63,281 nucleotides of DNA, filler included, from Candidatus Rokuibacteriota bacterium (GCA_031406795.1; 10 parts of 10 records of this genome joined end to end with filler, not necessarily neighbours in it); one strand, 5' to 3'; numbered from the whole stretch's first letter, positions 1-11,734 are shown. Program-made: numbers and translations. Notes: generated by a model from the sequence alone, not told the origin.

Positions 1-727
1 CGAGCTGACGCGCTTTCACCCGCGCAGTCCGTATGCCGTCGCCAAGGTCTACGCGTACTGGATCACGGTGAACTACCGCGAGAGCTACGGGCTTTTCGGC
101 TGCAACGGCATCCTCTTCAATCACGAGTCGCCCCGGCGCGGCGAGACCTTCGTCACGCGCAAGATCACCCGCGCGCTCGCCGCGATCCTCGCCGGGCGCC
201 AGCGCACGCTGCACCTGGGCAACCTGGACGCCAAGCGCGACTGGGGCTTCGCGCCGGACTACATCGTCTGCCAGTGGCAGATCCTGCAGCAGGACGCACC
301 CGACGACTTCGTGATCGGCACCGGCCAGACGCGCTCGGTTCGCGATTTCGTCGTCGAGGCCTTCACCTACGCGGGCGTCGAGCTGGAGTGGCGCGGCGCG
401 GGCACCGCGGAGGTGGGGCTGGTGCGCTCGCTCGATGCGCGCCGTGTGCCGGCTTCCGCCGGCCTCAAGCCCGGGGATGCGATCGTCCACATCGACCCGC
501 GCTACTTCCGCCCCGCCGAGGTCGACCACCTGCTCGCCGACCCCGCGAAGGCCAAGCGCCTGCTCTGCTGGGAGCCCAAGCTCGCCTTTCGCGAACTCGT
601 GCGCTGCATGAGCGACGCCGACCTGGAGGCCGCGGGCATCCCGCCGCCCGGCGAGGGGCTCGAGATCCTCGCGAAGCACGGCTACGAGTGGATCCTCAAC
701 CGCAAGGCGATCTCCGGGAACCGGTGA
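1..727 (+). CDS. gmd: GDP-mannose 4,6-dehydratase, 5'-partial
   Basis: Frame is open from base 2: [58 protein letters not shown], the Gmd signature motifs. Confidence 0.95.
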   Translation, partial: ELTRFHPRSPYAVAKVYAYWITVNYRESYGLFGCNGILFNHESPRRGETFVTRKITRALAAILAGRQRTLHLGNLDAKRDWGFAPDYIVCQWQILQQDAPDDFVIGTGQTRSVRDFVVEAFTYAGVELEWRGAGTAEVGLVRSLDARRVPASAGLKPGDAIVHIDPRYFRPAEVDHLLADPAKAKRLLCWEPKLAFRELVRCMSDADLEAAGIPPPGEGLEILAKHGYEWILNRKAISGNR

Positions 728-736
728 CATCGGGCA

Positions 737-757
737 GGGAGGGGCTTAACCCCTCCC
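737..757. repeat. REP-like palindrome
   Basis: GGGAGGGG-cttaa-CCCCTCCC; same family as copies at 2382, 17407, 17451, 32947, 33000 and 53651. Confidence 0.7.
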
Positions 758-773
758 GCCTTGGAAGGACGAC

Positions 774-1385
774 ATGACGGAAGACGACCGGAACCTGACC
801 TGGCACCCGCATCAGGTCACCAAGCAGGACCGCTGGCTGCGCAACTCGCACCGCTCCGCGCTCGTCTGGCTCACGGGGCTCTCCGCCTCTGGCAAATCGT
901 CGATCGCCAACGAACTGGAGCAGGCGCTGTTCGTGCGCCAGATCAACACCTTCGTGCTCGACGGCGACAACGTGCGCCATGGCCTGAACAGGGACCTGGG
1001 CTTCTCGCCGGAGCACCGCCGCGAGAACCTGCGGCGCGTCGGCGAGGTGGCCCGGCTGCTGGTCGACGCGGGGATCCTGACGATCGCGGCGTTCATCTCG
1101 CCCTACGTCGAAGAGCGCAACCGCATCCGCGGCCTCTTTGGCGAGGGGGAGTTCATCGAGACCTACGTGCGTTGTTCGATCGACATCTGCGAGCAGCGCG
1201 ACCCGAAGGGCCTCTACAAGAAGGCGCGTCGCGGCGAGGTGCTGGAGTTCACCGGCGTGTCGGCGCCCTACGAAGCACCCGAGGCGGCCGAGATCGTGCT
1301 GCCGACCGACGAATTGACGATCGCCCAGTCGGTCGAACGGATCATCGAGCACCTCGAACACCACCGCATCATCGTCGGCGACTAG
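774..1385 (+). CDS. cysC: Adenylyl-sulfate (APS) kinase
   Basis: WLTGLSASGKS P-loop, LDGDNVRHGL, RDPKGLYKKA, FTGVSAPYE. Confidence 0.95.
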   Translation: MTEDDRNLTWHPHQVTKQDRWLRNSHRSALVWLTGLSASGKSSIANELEQALFVRQINTFVLDGDNVRHGLNRDLGFSPEHRRENLRRVGEVARLLVDAGILTIAAFISPYVEERNRIRGLFGEGEFIETYVRCSIDICEQRDPKGLYKKARRGEVLEFTGVSAPYEAPEAAEIVLPTDELTIAQSVERIIEHLEHHRIIVGD

Positions 1386-1456
1386 CAGGCAGCTGAAAAT
1401 GCATTTTGTGCTGCCTGCTGCGGCCTTGCCGTTCGCAAAGCAGAAGGAGATAGTCC

Positions 1457-2407
1457 ATGAACCGTGTTTTGGTCACCGGCGGCGCCGGCTTTCTCGGCTC
1501 GCACCTCTGCGAGCGGCTCCTCGACGCCGGCAACGACGTGCTCTGCCTCGACAACTACTACACCGGCAGCAAGGCGAACATCGCTCACCTGCTGCCGAAC
1601 CCGCGCTTCGAGCTGCTGCGCCACGACGTCACGGCGCCGCTGCACGTGGAGGTCGACGAGATCTACAATCTCGCGTGCCCGGCCTCGCCGGTGCACTACC
1701 AGCACAACCCGGTGAAGACCACCAAGACCTCGGTCCACGGCGCGATCAACATGCTCGATCTCGCCGGCCGGCTCGGCGCGCGGATCCTGCAGGCCTCCAC
1801 GGGCGCCGTCTACGGCGACCCCCAGGTGCAGCCGCAGCCCGAGACCTACTGGGGGCACGTCAACCCGATCGGCTCGCTGTCGAGCCACGACGAGGGCAAG
1901 CGTTGCGCCGAGACGCTCTTCTTCGATTTCCACCGCCAGCTGAAGCTGCGCATCAAGGTGGCGCGGATCTTCAATACCTACGGCCCGCGCATGCACCCCG
2001 ACGACGGCCGCGTGGTCTCGAACTTCATCGTCCAGGCGCTGCGCGGCGACGACCTCACCGTCTACGGCGATGGCACGCAGACGCGCAGCTTCTGCTACGT
2101 GGACGATATGGTCGACGGCCTGGTCCGCCTGATGAACAGCCCGGATGCCTTCATCGGCCCGGTGAACCTCGGCAGCCCCGCCGAGTGCGCCACGCTGGGG
2201 CTGGCGCGCGAGGTGCTGGCGCTGACCGGCTCGTGCTCCGCGATCGTCCACCAGCCGCTGCCGCAGGACAACCCGCACCGGCGGGTTCCCGACATCACGC
2301 TGGCGAAGAAGGAGCTGCGCTGGGAGCCGCGGATAACCCTCGAGCAGGGGTTGGCGAAGACGGTAGACTATTTCCGCGGCTGCGGGGTTGATCCCCGCCC
2401 GGTTTGA
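1457..2407 (+). CDS. UDP-glucuronate decarboxylase (UXS)-like extended SDR with altered active-site motifs
   Basis: [44 protein letters not shown]. Catalytic motifs deviate (STGAVYG, HDEGK). Confidence 0.85.
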   Translation: MNRVLVTGGAGFLGSHLCERLLDAGNDVLCLDNYYTGSKANIAHLLPNPRFELLRHDVTAPLHVEVDEIYNLACPASPVHYQHNPVKTTKTSVHGAINMLDLAGRLGARILQASTGAVYGDPQVQPQPETYWGHVNPIGSLSSHDEGKRCAETLFFDFHRQLKLRIKVARIFNTYGPRMHPDDGRVVSNFIVQALRGDDLTVYGDGTQTRSFCYVDDMVDGLVRLMNSPDAFIGPVNLGSPAECATLGLAREVLALTGSCSAIVHQPLPQDNPHRRVPDITLAKKELRWEPRITLEQGLAKTVDYFRGCGVDPRPV

Positions 2408-2437
2408 GGACGATTTAAAGGAAGAGAGGACCCGAGC

Positions 2438-3733
<1,296 letters not shown>

Positions 3734-3824
3734 ACGAGCAGGCCTACGGGAGCAGCTTCGAGCAGCCGCAACTCGTGTCCCTCCAGGGGCGGTTCGTGCC
3801 GACCAGCCGGCGTTCTCGGGGAAC

Positions 3825-3980
3825 CCCCGCCACCGCGGACGTCTTTCGGAGTTGACCCGCGTGCGCGAGGCCCTCGTCGATTCGTTTGTCTTCGACAACC
3901 GTTACGGCTCCACGGATGAGTCCTGGCGTCGATATTTCCACGCATTCACCTACGCCGCCGTGCTGCGAAGGGGGCGGTGA
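3825..3980 (+). pseudogene. C-terminal half of the small DUF5674-partner hypothetical protein
   Basis: Manual translation gives PRHRGRLSELTRVREALVDSFVFDNRYGSTDESWRRYFHAFTYAAVLRRGR*. No start codon; complements the N-terminal half at 12348-12527. Confidence 0.6.
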
Positions 3981-4305
3981 GATCCTGAGCAGGAGCGAGG
4001 TGTGCGTACCCAAGATCGTCATCGCCGAACTGATCCAGGGCGCACACTCCGAAAAGGACCTGAAGACGATCCGTGAGTTTCTTGACGCATTCACGATCCT
4101 CGTCGAAGGGGAGGACACCTGGATCGATTCCGGGACGCTTTCCTATGCCCTGAAAAAGAAAGGCCGGACCGTCAACCTGGCGGACTGCTACATCGCGACC
4201 CTGGCAAAAGAGAGCGGCTGTTCAATCCTGACCCTGGACAGGCACTTCAACGATATCAAGTACGTCACGGACGTCAAGCTCGTTGCTGTGGGCATACCAT
4301 CATGA
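3979..4305 (+). pseudogene. PIN-domain (VapC-like) toxin, 5'-truncated
   Basis: IVIAELIQG..LADCYIA..ILTLDRHF are present, but the N-terminal 'vDTs' strand is missing. Confidence 0.75.
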
Positions 4306-4311
4306 CTGACG

Positions 4312-4422
4312 CAACAGGGGCTCATCACCGATGGCGAGGGGTGGATGGAAATGATCAAGAGCCGCGACCAGAGTTCACACACGTACAACCAGAACTGGAG
4401 AGTGCTGAGTACAGACTCATAG
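4312..4422 (+). pseudogene. Fragment of HEPN / HI0074-type nucleotidyltransferase substrate-binding protein
   Basis: Manual translation QQGLITDGEGWMEMIKSRDQSSHTYNQ contains an Rx4H HEPN motif. Confidence 0.6.
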
Positions 4423-4423
4423 G

Positions 4424-5080
4424 TCAAGCCGCGTTCTCTGCAAAATCCGCCGCATCATTTTGACGCCGATAGTGGTCAAGGAATTTCTTCTGGGTCGAGT
4501 CGTATGCGCAATCCGTGAAAAATAGCGGGAGGTCTGCGCGTAGGGCATGAGCGACGACGAGCTCTGAAGGCGGCCGTTGCGGATTCATGGTCCGCAGCCA
4601 GCTGCGGAAGCGATTCCAGACGATTGTCGCGTGATTGAGCGCCAGGTGCAGGAGCAGGCCTTGAGCGATGCACCCGAGTTGAAGATAGACGTGGTAGGCG
4701 GTGATCTTGCGCTGGACATCGGCGCGATATTCTTTGCATTTACGGTGCATGCAGATCCAGGCAGCGAAAGTGCAGCGTCACGTTGTTCTCGCCGTAGACC
4801 GGGCTGGGCGCGCTGACGAACTCTCCGGCATCATGGAAAAGATCCTTGAGCCGGACCTTGGCGCCGTAGCGTCGGGGCCGGCCCCGGTGGAGCGAATGCC
4901 CCATGATGTACTCGGGCTTGGTATTGCCTGAGCAGACCTGATGCAGCAGCTTGACCCCAGGCATCTTGCGGCCTTCTTTGGGAGCCTTGATCCCGTCAGC
5001 CAGACAGACCAGGTGGTCCCCGGCCATCACGGGGTGGAAGAGCTTGAGCGCAAGAGTCAGCCAGTTGTCACTCTCCAGTA
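4424..5080 (-). mobile_element. Degraded DDE transposase (IS701/IS4-like), internally deleted and frameshifted
   Basis: Segments LADGIKAPKEGRKMPGVKLLHQ..KPEYIMGH, RGRPRRYG and AYHVYLQLGCIAQGLL..FRSWLRTM lie in two frames. Confidence 0.6.
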
Positions 5081-5281
5081 ATATGTTTCTATTCACTTAT
5101 TTATTCTCGTGCAAGCGTTTTCATGACCAAGGAGCATGGGTATTCAACCTAGCTATCGACGTTTCACGTCACCAGATGCGAAACTTTTTGTCACTCTGTC
5201 GCACTCCTCGCATTTCCACAACCGTCCGAGAGCCACTTCGCCTTGACAGACCTCTTCCTTGCTCGGAGAATCGCCGCCACC

Positions 5282-7027
5282 ATGCGCGAGAGGACGAATA
5301 AAACTACTACACTGCTCCTCGCCGTAACCCTTGCCTTGATCGCGATCCTGCCGTTCGCCCAGTCCGTGCGCCACCCCTTCCTCGCGTTCGACGACGACAC
5401 GTTCGTCACCGAAAATCCCGCCGTGCGCGACGGATTGACGGCGGCTGGCCTGTCCTGGGCCTTCACCTCCTCATATGCCGCAAACTGGCAGCCGCTGGCC
5501 TGGATCTCGCACATGGCGGACGTCGAACTCTACGGCCTCGATCCGGCCGGGCACCACGGCACGAATCTCGCTCTCCACGGGCTGAACGCCGCCCTCCTGT
5601 TCCTCCTGCTGCTGCGCTTGACCGGCGCCAGGAGCCGCAGCTTCGTGGCGGCGGCGCTCTTCGCCATCCATCCCTTGCGCGTGGAGTCGGTGATGTGGGT
5701 GGCGCAACGCAACAACCTGCTCGGCGCGTCGTTCGGCCTTCTCAGCATCCTTGCCTACGCCCGCTACACCGCCCGGCCGACGCCCGGCCGCTTCGCGATG
5801 GTGCTGGTCTGGTTTGTCTCCGGCCTGCTCTCCAAGCCGATCATCCTGACGCTGCCTTTCGTGTTTTTCCTGCTGGATTACTGGCCCCTCGATCGCAGCC
5901 GCCTCCCCTCGACGCCCCCGCGCCGCGGTGGGAAGCCGCTCTTCGAGAAACTGCCCTTTGTCGCTCTGGCCTGCGGTTCCGCGATCGTCACGTACCTCGC
6001 CCAGAGCCGGGGTCATGCCGTGGCGGCACTGGCCACCGTCCCCCTCGAGTGGCGGGTGTCCAACGCCGTCCTCGCATACGCGCGCTATCTCTTCCACATC
6101 GTCTGGCCCGTTGATCTCGTCGTCCTTTACCCGTATCCGGCCGGTCATTTTTCGCTTCCTGCAACGGCCCTCGCCCTGCTCCTGCTGGTGGCCCTCGGGG
6201 CCTGGGCCGTGCGCGTCCGCAATCGATGGCCCGCCGCGCTCGTGGGCTGGTTCTGGTTTCTCGGGATGTTCGTGCCGATGATCGGCGTCGTCCAGGCGGG
6301 CTCGCAGAGCATGGCGGACCGCTACACGTACTGGCCCGCGATCGGTCTCGCGGTAGCCGCCGTCTGGCTGGCGGGGGACGCCGCGGCCGCCCATGGGGTG
6401 CGCGGCGGCGTTCGCGCCGCGTTCGCGGGCACTGTGCTCCTGGCGTGCGGTGTCCAGTCCGCGCGCCTGGCCGCCACGTGGAACAGCGACCTGTCTCTCT
6501 TCGGGAGGGCGGCGGCGCTGACCGGGGAGAACTTCATTGCCGAGCTGAACTACGGCGCGGCGCTCGCCCGGGCGGGCCGGACTGAAGAGGCCCTGGTGCG
6601 CTATCGCCGCGCCATCTCCTTCAATCCCCGCTTTGCGGAGGCTCACTTCAACCTCGCCGTCAATCTGGACCGGCTCGGCCGCGCCGCGGACGCCCGCTCC
6701 GCCTACCTCGAAGCCCTCCGCTGCGATCCCCGCCACGCGGCGGCCCAGAACAATCTGGGCCGGCTGTCTGCCCGCCAGGGAAGGGCCGAGGAAGCCATCG
6801 CGTACTTCAGGGAGGCTCTGAAAAACAACCCGAACCTGATCCCGGCCCACATCAGCCTCGGCTTCGTGCTGGCGCGGCTGGGCAGAGACGAAGAGGCGGC
6901 CGGGCATTTCCGCACCGTCCTGCGGCTCCAACCCGGCAACAACGCCGTCCGGTCGGAGCTGCAGCGGCTCGAAGCCGAGCCCCCGCCTTCCCTGCGCGAC
7001 CGGGCGTCGACCACGGGGCCTCGTTGA
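5282..7027 (+). CDS. TMTC-like GT-C membrane protein with C-terminal TPR repeats
   Basis: FDDDTFV, NWQPL, HPLRVESVMW, MADRYTY, many TM helices, then 4-5 TPRs. Confidence 0.85.
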   Translation: MRERTNKTTTLLLAVTLALIAILPFAQSVRHPFLAFDDDTFVTENPAVRDGLTAAGLSWAFTSSYAANWQPLAWISHMADVELYGLDPAGHHGTNLALHGLNAALLFLLLLRLTGARSRSFVAAALFAIHPLRVESVMWVAQRNNLLGASFGLLSILAYARYTARPTPGRFAMVLVWFVSGLLSKPIILTLPFVFFLLDYWPLDRSRLPSTPPRRGGKPLFEKLPFVALACGSAIVTYLAQSRGHAVAALATVPLEWRVSNAVLAYARYLFHIVWPVDLVVLYPYPAGHFSLPATALALLLLVALGAWAVRVRNRWPAALVGWFWFLGMFVPMIGVVQAGSQSMADRYTYWPAIGLAVAAVWLAGDAAAAHGVRGGVRAAFAGTVLLACGVQSARLAATWNSDLSLFGRAAALTGENFIAELNYGAALARAGRTEEALVRYRRAISFNPRFAEAHFNLAVNLDRLGRAADARSAYLEALRCDPRHAAAQNNLGRLSARQGRAEEAIAYFREALKNNPNLIPAHISLGFVLARLGRDEEAAGHFRTVLRLQPGNNAVRSELQRLEAEPPPSLRDRASTTGPR

Positions 7028-7040
7028 CAGCCGGGGTCAC

Positions 7041-7580
7041 TCAGCGGCGCGTCAGGGCGGCGACGAGGGCGCTGATTTCGGGATACACGAGGCGGGCCTG
7101 CTGCTGCTCCCCCCGGAGGTTTGGATGGACGGCATCCACAAACAGTTCCCGCGCCCGCATGCCGTCATAGAGGTCGATCACCACGACACCCGCCTCCTTC
7201 CCGATGTCCCGGATAATCTGGTTGTTTCGCTTGTGCGCGGCAACGCTCCCCCGGTAAAAGGGGGTCGTCACCGTTTCCCAATCCGGATTCAGCGGTTGCG
7301 TGAACAACACCGTAACGGCGCCGATGTTTTTGGCCAGCGACACGACGGTCCCGAGATTTCTCCGGAAATATTTTCCCGTGGCTTGCGCTGCGTTGCGCAG
7401 GGATTCGTCGTCGTCCGGGTGGGGGTATTGCATGGCGGTCATCAAATCGCCCGGAAGATACTTGTTGACGGACATCGCCAGAAAGCCCGCCACCCTGAGG
7501 GTGTAGCTTTTCCTCATGCCGGCCTTCGCGAATTCGGGGAGTTGCCGAACATTCCATGAGAATCTGAAGAAGGTGTGCGC
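7041..7580 (-). pseudogene. C-terminal part of an SGNH/GDSL hydrolase-like protein (probably 5'-truncated)
   Basis: DxxH motif (FVDAVHPN) near the C-terminus; no GDS block upstream. Confidence 0.5.
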
Positions 7581-7603
7581 CTCACGGTCGCGGCCCTGCT
7601 CAA

Positions 7604-7637
7604 TGCCATTGTCGAGCGGCGCATGGCAATGTATATT
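7604..7637 (+). promoter_or_regulatory. Sigma70-type promoter with overlapping operator inverted repeat for the vapBC pair
   Basis: TTGTCG(7609-14)-17 nt-TATATT(7632-37); TGCCAT/ATGGCA inverted repeat at 7604-09/7623-28. Confidence 0.5.
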
Positions 7638-7663
7638 GGCAATATCAATGGAGGGAGATGCAT

Positions 7664-7927
7664 ATGAGAACAGCCATAGATCGATTTGGGCGGGTTGTGA
7701 TACCGAAATCCATGCGCGAGCGGCTTGGTCTGCGGGCCGGGACAGCCATAGAGATCGAGGAGGACGGCAACCGCATTTCCCTGAGGGCTGTTGAAAACGT
7801 ATCGTTTCTGGCGATGAAGGAGGGCATCCTCGTCTTCATCGGTGAGGCGACGGGTGACATCGAGGCCGCCGTTGCCGCCGACCGCACGGACCGTGCGCTC
7901 CACATTGGCGGGGCGTCTTCCCGGTGA
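7664..7927 (+). CDS. AbrB/MazE/SpoVT-type antitoxin (VapB-like)
   Basis: IDRFGRVVIPKSMRERLGL..GTAIEIE; overlaps the PIN gene by 4 nt. Confidence 0.88.
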   Translation: MRTAIDRFGRVVIPKSMRERLGLRAGTAIEIEEDGNRISLRAVENVSFLAMKEGILVFIGEATGDIEAAVAADRTDRALHIGGASSR

Positions 7928-8358
7928 AGGTCTTCTTCGACACCTCGGTCCTGGTTGCCGCCTACGTGCCCGCGCATCCCCGCCACGAGCGGGCGTTCGC
8001 CCGGGTGCGCCGGGCGCTCTTTGGCGAGGACCGGCTGCTGACGTCCTCCCACAACCTGGCAGAGGTCTACTCCGTCCTGACGACGCTGCCGCTCAGCCCG
8101 CGTATTCCACCATCTGCCGCGGCCCGCATCATCCGCGAAAACCTCGAGTTGCACGCCGAGATCATGCCCGTCACCGTGGCCGATTATCGTGACGTGGTGC
8201 GGCACCTCGGGGACGCAGGCCTGGCGGGAGGGATCGTCTACGACGCCCTGTCCTTCCGCGTGGCCATGCTGGCCGGAGCAGAAGTGCTGCTGACGTTCAA
8301 CCCGAGGGACTTTCGCCGCCTCTGGCCCGACTCGGGAATCAGGATCGAGGAGCCCTAG
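7924..8358 (+). CDS. PIN-domain toxin (VapC family)
   Basis: FFDTSVLV, LAEVYSVL, IVYDAL, LLTFNPRDF. Confidence 0.9.
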   Translation: MKVFFDTSVLVAAYVPAHPRHERAFARVRRALFGEDRLLTSSHNLAEVYSVLTTLPLSPRIPPSAAARIIRENLELHAEIMPVTVADYRDVVRHLGDAGLAGGIVYDALSFRVAMLAGAEVLLTFNPRDFRRLWPDSGIRIEEP

Positions 8359-8443
8359 CGGTTTTCGATATGTTCCGTCAAACCGGGGAATCCGCAGCTT
8401 CGCCCGGGGGTGGGACCCGCTGGTTCTCATCCAGGCGAAGCTA

Positions 8444-8627
8444 TCGCTGATCCTTGAAGAGTACTCGTCACTGATGCTCTACCGGGATGTGGTGGAGCAC
8501 TACGGCGTGCGGCGCCACCCGCTGGCCGGAAGCGGAGGGAACCCTGCTCTACCACGAGTACGCGCCCGGCCGCGAGCGTGAAGTGCCTGGGGCGCAGGCC
8601 GCCTGGAGGTATCTGCTGCGGCCATGA
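8444..8627 (+). pseudogene. Collapsed remnant of an AAA/DUF4143-type ATPase
   Basis: Manual translation gives LILEEYSSLMLYRDVVEHYGVR, then a C-terminal-like ..GAQAAWRYLLRP*. Confidence 0.4.
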
Positions 8628-8877
8628 GAGGCGCGTGACGGTGAACATTTTCCGCGGTGCCCGCCTCTCCCGCGGCGCCGAGAGTTCGCGCGCCGCCCGG
8701 GAGGCCATTGCCGTGTTCCTCGCAAGCCGCTACCTTTGTCTTCAGCGTGGACCCACCGGACGGACGTGCGTGCCGACAGCCCCCTGCCGAACGCCTGCAG
8801 AATTCCTTTGCCATCTGGGATTCGGCGTGCGCCCTGCTTCAGGCGCACCTCGCGCACACCCACCCCGAATGGACATC

Positions 8878-9045
8878 GGACTCGCCTGACGAATGACATC
8901 GACATCGTGGCCGGCATCGCCGCTCCCGAGGATGTGATCATCAAGAAGATGGAATACTACCGCGAAGGCGGGTCCGAGAAGCACCTCCGGGACATCACGG
9001 GGATTCTTCTGACGACCGGCGCCGATATCGACCGCCCCTACAATT
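8878..9045 (+). pseudogene. Internally deleted nucleotidyltransferase (DUF6036/AbiEii-like)
   Basis: RLTNDIDIVA is joined directly to APEDVIIKKMEYYREGGSEKHLRDITGIL; the central part is missing. Confidence 0.6.
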
Positions 9046-9145
9046 GCGGGGCCGCTTGCATCATTGTGGGGTCCTGTTGCGCGCACGATGCCCAACGAGT
9101 AACATCTCTTGGACCATGAACCCATCCCCAACGAAACGGCCTTCG

Positions 9146-9319
9146 ATGAACGAGTCACTCGCACCTGCTTCGCGCGCCGCCGAGAGATCGCGCGCCGCGC
9201 GCGAGAAGGCAGAGCTGGCGATGACTCCGGCGCAGCGGCTCACCCTGGCGCTGGATCTCTCCGACCTCTGCGAGGACCTGGCAGCCGCAGGACGGCACGC
9301 AGCGCGGAAGCGATCGTGA
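9146..9319 (+). CDS. Small helical protein, putative antitoxin partner of the downstream nucleotidyltransferase
   Basis: AMTPAQRLTLALDLSD motif; stop overlaps the GTG start of the next gene. Confidence 0.55.
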   Translation: MNESLAPASRAAERSRAAREKAELAMTPAQRLTLALDLSDLCEDLAAAGRHAARKRS

Positions 9320-9837
9320 ACCGCGCCGGCGTCCTGCGCAAAGTCGCCTTCGACCTCAACGCGCTGCTCGAGGACGGGACGCTCGATCGCTGGGCATTGT
9401 GCGGGGCGCTCGCCCTCGCGGTCTGGGGCGCCCCGCGCGCGACGCTCGACATCGACGTGCTCGCCGATCCCGCGGCAGGCCGGAAGTCGGCCGAAGTCGC
9501 CCAGGGGCTCGTCGGCAAGGGCTGGACGCTCGTCGAGCACGCCCGCCACCACGATGACCCTGTCCCGGAACTCCTGCGGCTGACCTGCGGCGGCGTCGGG
9601 GTCGACATCCTGATCGCGCACCGCACCTGGGAAGCCGCGATGCTCGAGGACGCTTCGATCGTGCCCTGGCATGGTGTCCGCATTCCCAGCGTGCGATCCG
9701 AAGCCCTCGCCGCGATGAAGCTTCGCGCGGGCGGCCCCCAGGATCTTGTAGACGCCGGACGCCTGGAAGGGTTGCCCGGCTTCGATCGGGAGCGTTTCGC
9801 GCTGTGGAAGAAAAGACTTCGAGTTCGCGCGGGATGA
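9316..9837 (+). CDS. Nucleotidyltransferase-fold protein (DUF6036/AbiEii-like)
   Basis: WALCGALALAVWGAPRATLDIDVL..VDIL..LAAMKLRAGGPQDLVD. Confidence 0.8.
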   Translation: MNRAGVLRKVAFDLNALLEDGTLDRWALCGALALAVWGAPRATLDIDVLADPAAGRKSAEVAQGLVGKGWTLVEHARHHDDPVPELLRLTCGGVGVDILIAHRTWEAAMLEDASIVPWHGVRIPSVRSEALAAMKLRAGGPQDLVDAGRLEGLPGFDRERFALWKKRLRVRAG

Positions 9838-9847
9838 ACTCTCAGTA

Positions 9848-10250
9848 TTACTTGAGCAGCAATTTCACCGCGGCGCTGGAGGCGGGATCGATGCTGCCGA
9901 GGGCGTTCAAGCCGCTGGCGATGCGGCGTTGCCACCCGCGGCCGCGTTTCTCGATCGCATCCCAGGCGATCCGGATGTCGCCGGGCCGCTCTGCCGCCAG
10001 GAGCGCGAGAAGTTGCGCGGCCTGCTACAGATCCTTCTGGCGCCTGGTATGCATGAATGCATCGTGTTCGCCGGCAACGATCAGCTTGTGGAGTGCGAAG
10101 CGGGCCGGATCCGGCTCGTCAGGAGGTCCACCCGCAGGCCCGCACCCCGAACCTTGAAGAAGGTCGATGGCTGCCGGGGGTCGAGAGGAGAGACCGGCAG
10201 AAAACCCATCTCGAGTTGGTCGAGCACGGCAGGGAGGTTACCTTCGAGGT
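9848..10250 (-). pseudogene. GSU2403-like nucleotidyltransferase remnant (deletion, frameshift, in-frame TAG)
   Basis: MGFLPVSPLDPRQPSTFFKVRG..RVDLLT, then a frameshift to PDPARFALHKLIVA..QKDL*QAAQLL..RGRGWQRR. Confidence 0.6.
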
Positions 10251-10463
10251 GAGGCAGCGCAGTACGGCACGAACCCGTCTCTGGTTCTGAAGCCGGCCCT
10301 CGAGGAGAGACGCGAGCTCTATGCCGCCGGAGTGGCATGAACGGCACGACGGGAGATCATGATGGACACCAAAGTCAAAATCCGACCAATCTCTACTGCA
10401 TCAACAACAACCACCAACCCGGTGGATTGCAGCGGGAAGACCATGGCGACAATATTACATATC

Positions 10464-10494
10464 ACTAGAAAATAGTTATAGACAATTTTCGAGT
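10464..10494. promoter_or_regulatory. AT-rich imperfect palindrome upstream of the DUF4143 ATPase
   Basis: ACTAGAAAATAGT-tatag-ACAATTTTCGAGT (2 mismatches), about 20 nt before the ATG. Confidence 0.4.
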
Positions 10495-10513
10495 ACTGTC
10501 GAATAATTCAGGG

Positions 10514-11734
10514 ATGATATCACGAGACCTCGAGAGCGTTTTAGCTGCCGACCTGGACCGTTACGATAAAATGTCGTTTGTCGCCGGCCCCCGTCAGACC
10601 GGCAAGACGACGCTCGCCAGGATGTTGATGGGGCGGCATCAGGCCTCGCGCTACTGGAACTACGACATCCCGGAAGACCGCCTGCTGCTCACCCGCACGC
10701 CCTCGTTCTTTAAGGAAATCGACCGTCCCCTGGGCGTCAGGCCGCTGGTGGTCTTCGACGAGTTGCACAAATATCGGTTGTGGAAGTCATACCTCAAGGG
10801 TGCCTTCGACGACGCGCATGCGGACTTCCGATTCCTCGTGACCGGCAGCGGACGCCTCGACCTTTACCGCAAGGGCGGCGATAGCTTGGCCGGGCGCTAT
10901 TTTCTCCACCGCCTGTTTCCGCTGACGATCGGCGAGCTCGCCACGGCCCCGCGGCGCTCGCTCGAGGATTTTCTCGCCGCCCCCGATGAACTGCCGACGG
11001 CCGGCGCGGCATCCCGCGATGCCTGGCATGCGCTTGAGACACTGAGCGGCTTTCCGGAGCCATTCAACACCGGCGAGGAGTCGTTCTATCGGCGCTGGGC
11101 GCAGACCTACCGCAACCAGGTGATCCGCGAGGACATCCGGGACCTCACCCACGTGCACCAGGTCAGCCGGATCGAAACCCTCGCCGCCCTGCTGCGCGAG
11201 CGGGTCGGCGGGCTGCTCTCCACGAACGCGCTACGCGAGGACATGAAGACCGCCTTCGACACCGTCAAGAACTGGCTCGAGATCCTGCAGAACTTCTTCC
11301 TCGTCTTTATGCTGACCCCGTGGCGCGGCTCCCTGGCGCGCGGCTTGCGCAAGGAGCCGAAGCTCTATTTCTATGACTGGGCAGCTGTCCCCGACCCGGC
11401 GGCGCGTTTCGAAAACCTCGTCGCGGTACACCTGCTCCGAGCCGTGACCGCCTGGACCGAGGCCGGCGCCGGCGAGTTCTCACTGCACTTCGTCCGCGAC
11501 CGCGAGAAGAGCGAGGTGGACTTTCTGCTGGTCCGCGGCAAGGCCCCGCTGGTGCTCATCGAGGCGAAGCTCTCTGAGACCGAACCCGCCCCGGCGCTCA
11601 TCAAGATGAAGAAGGCCCTCGGGATCCCGGCGATCCAGCTGGTGAACGTGCCCGGCATCTCGCGGAGAGCCGCCGGGAAAGGGGAGGGGATCCTGGTCGC
11701 CTCGGCCGAGCGCTGGCTGGCGGGTCTGCCGTGA
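10514..11734 (+). CDS. AAA_14 ATPase with DUF4143 and C-terminal PD-(D/E)xK-like domain
   Basis: GPRQTGKTT, VFDELHK, VTGS, SLAGR, GFPE, KLYFYD, FENLV, EVDF..IEAK. Confidence 0.9.
   Translation: MISRDLESVLAADLDRYDKMSFVAGPRQTGKTTLARMLMGRHQASRYWNYDIPEDRLLLTRTPSFFKEIDRPLGVRPLVVFDELHKYRLWKSYLKGAFDDAHADFRFLVTGSGRLDLYRKGGDSLAGRYFLHRLFPLTIGELATAPRRSLEDFLAAPDELPTAGAASRDAWHALETLSGFPEPFNTGEESFYRRWAQTYRNQVIREDIRDLTHVHQVSRIETLAALLRERVGGLLSTNALREDMKTAFDTVKNWLEILQNFFLVFMLTPWRGSLARGLRKEPKLYFYDWAAVPDPAARFENLVAVHLLRAVTAWTEAGAGEFSLHFVRDREKSEVDFLLVRGKAPLVLIEAKLSETEPAPALIKMKKALGIPAIQLVNVPGISRRAAGKGEGILVASAERWLAGLP

Noticed and set aside
10026..10028. In-frame TAG in the GSU2403-like frame as pyrrolysine
   Set aside because: The same gene also has a deletion and a frameshift, so it is a pseudogene. 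No pyl genes are seen, and MtaB needs no Pyl.
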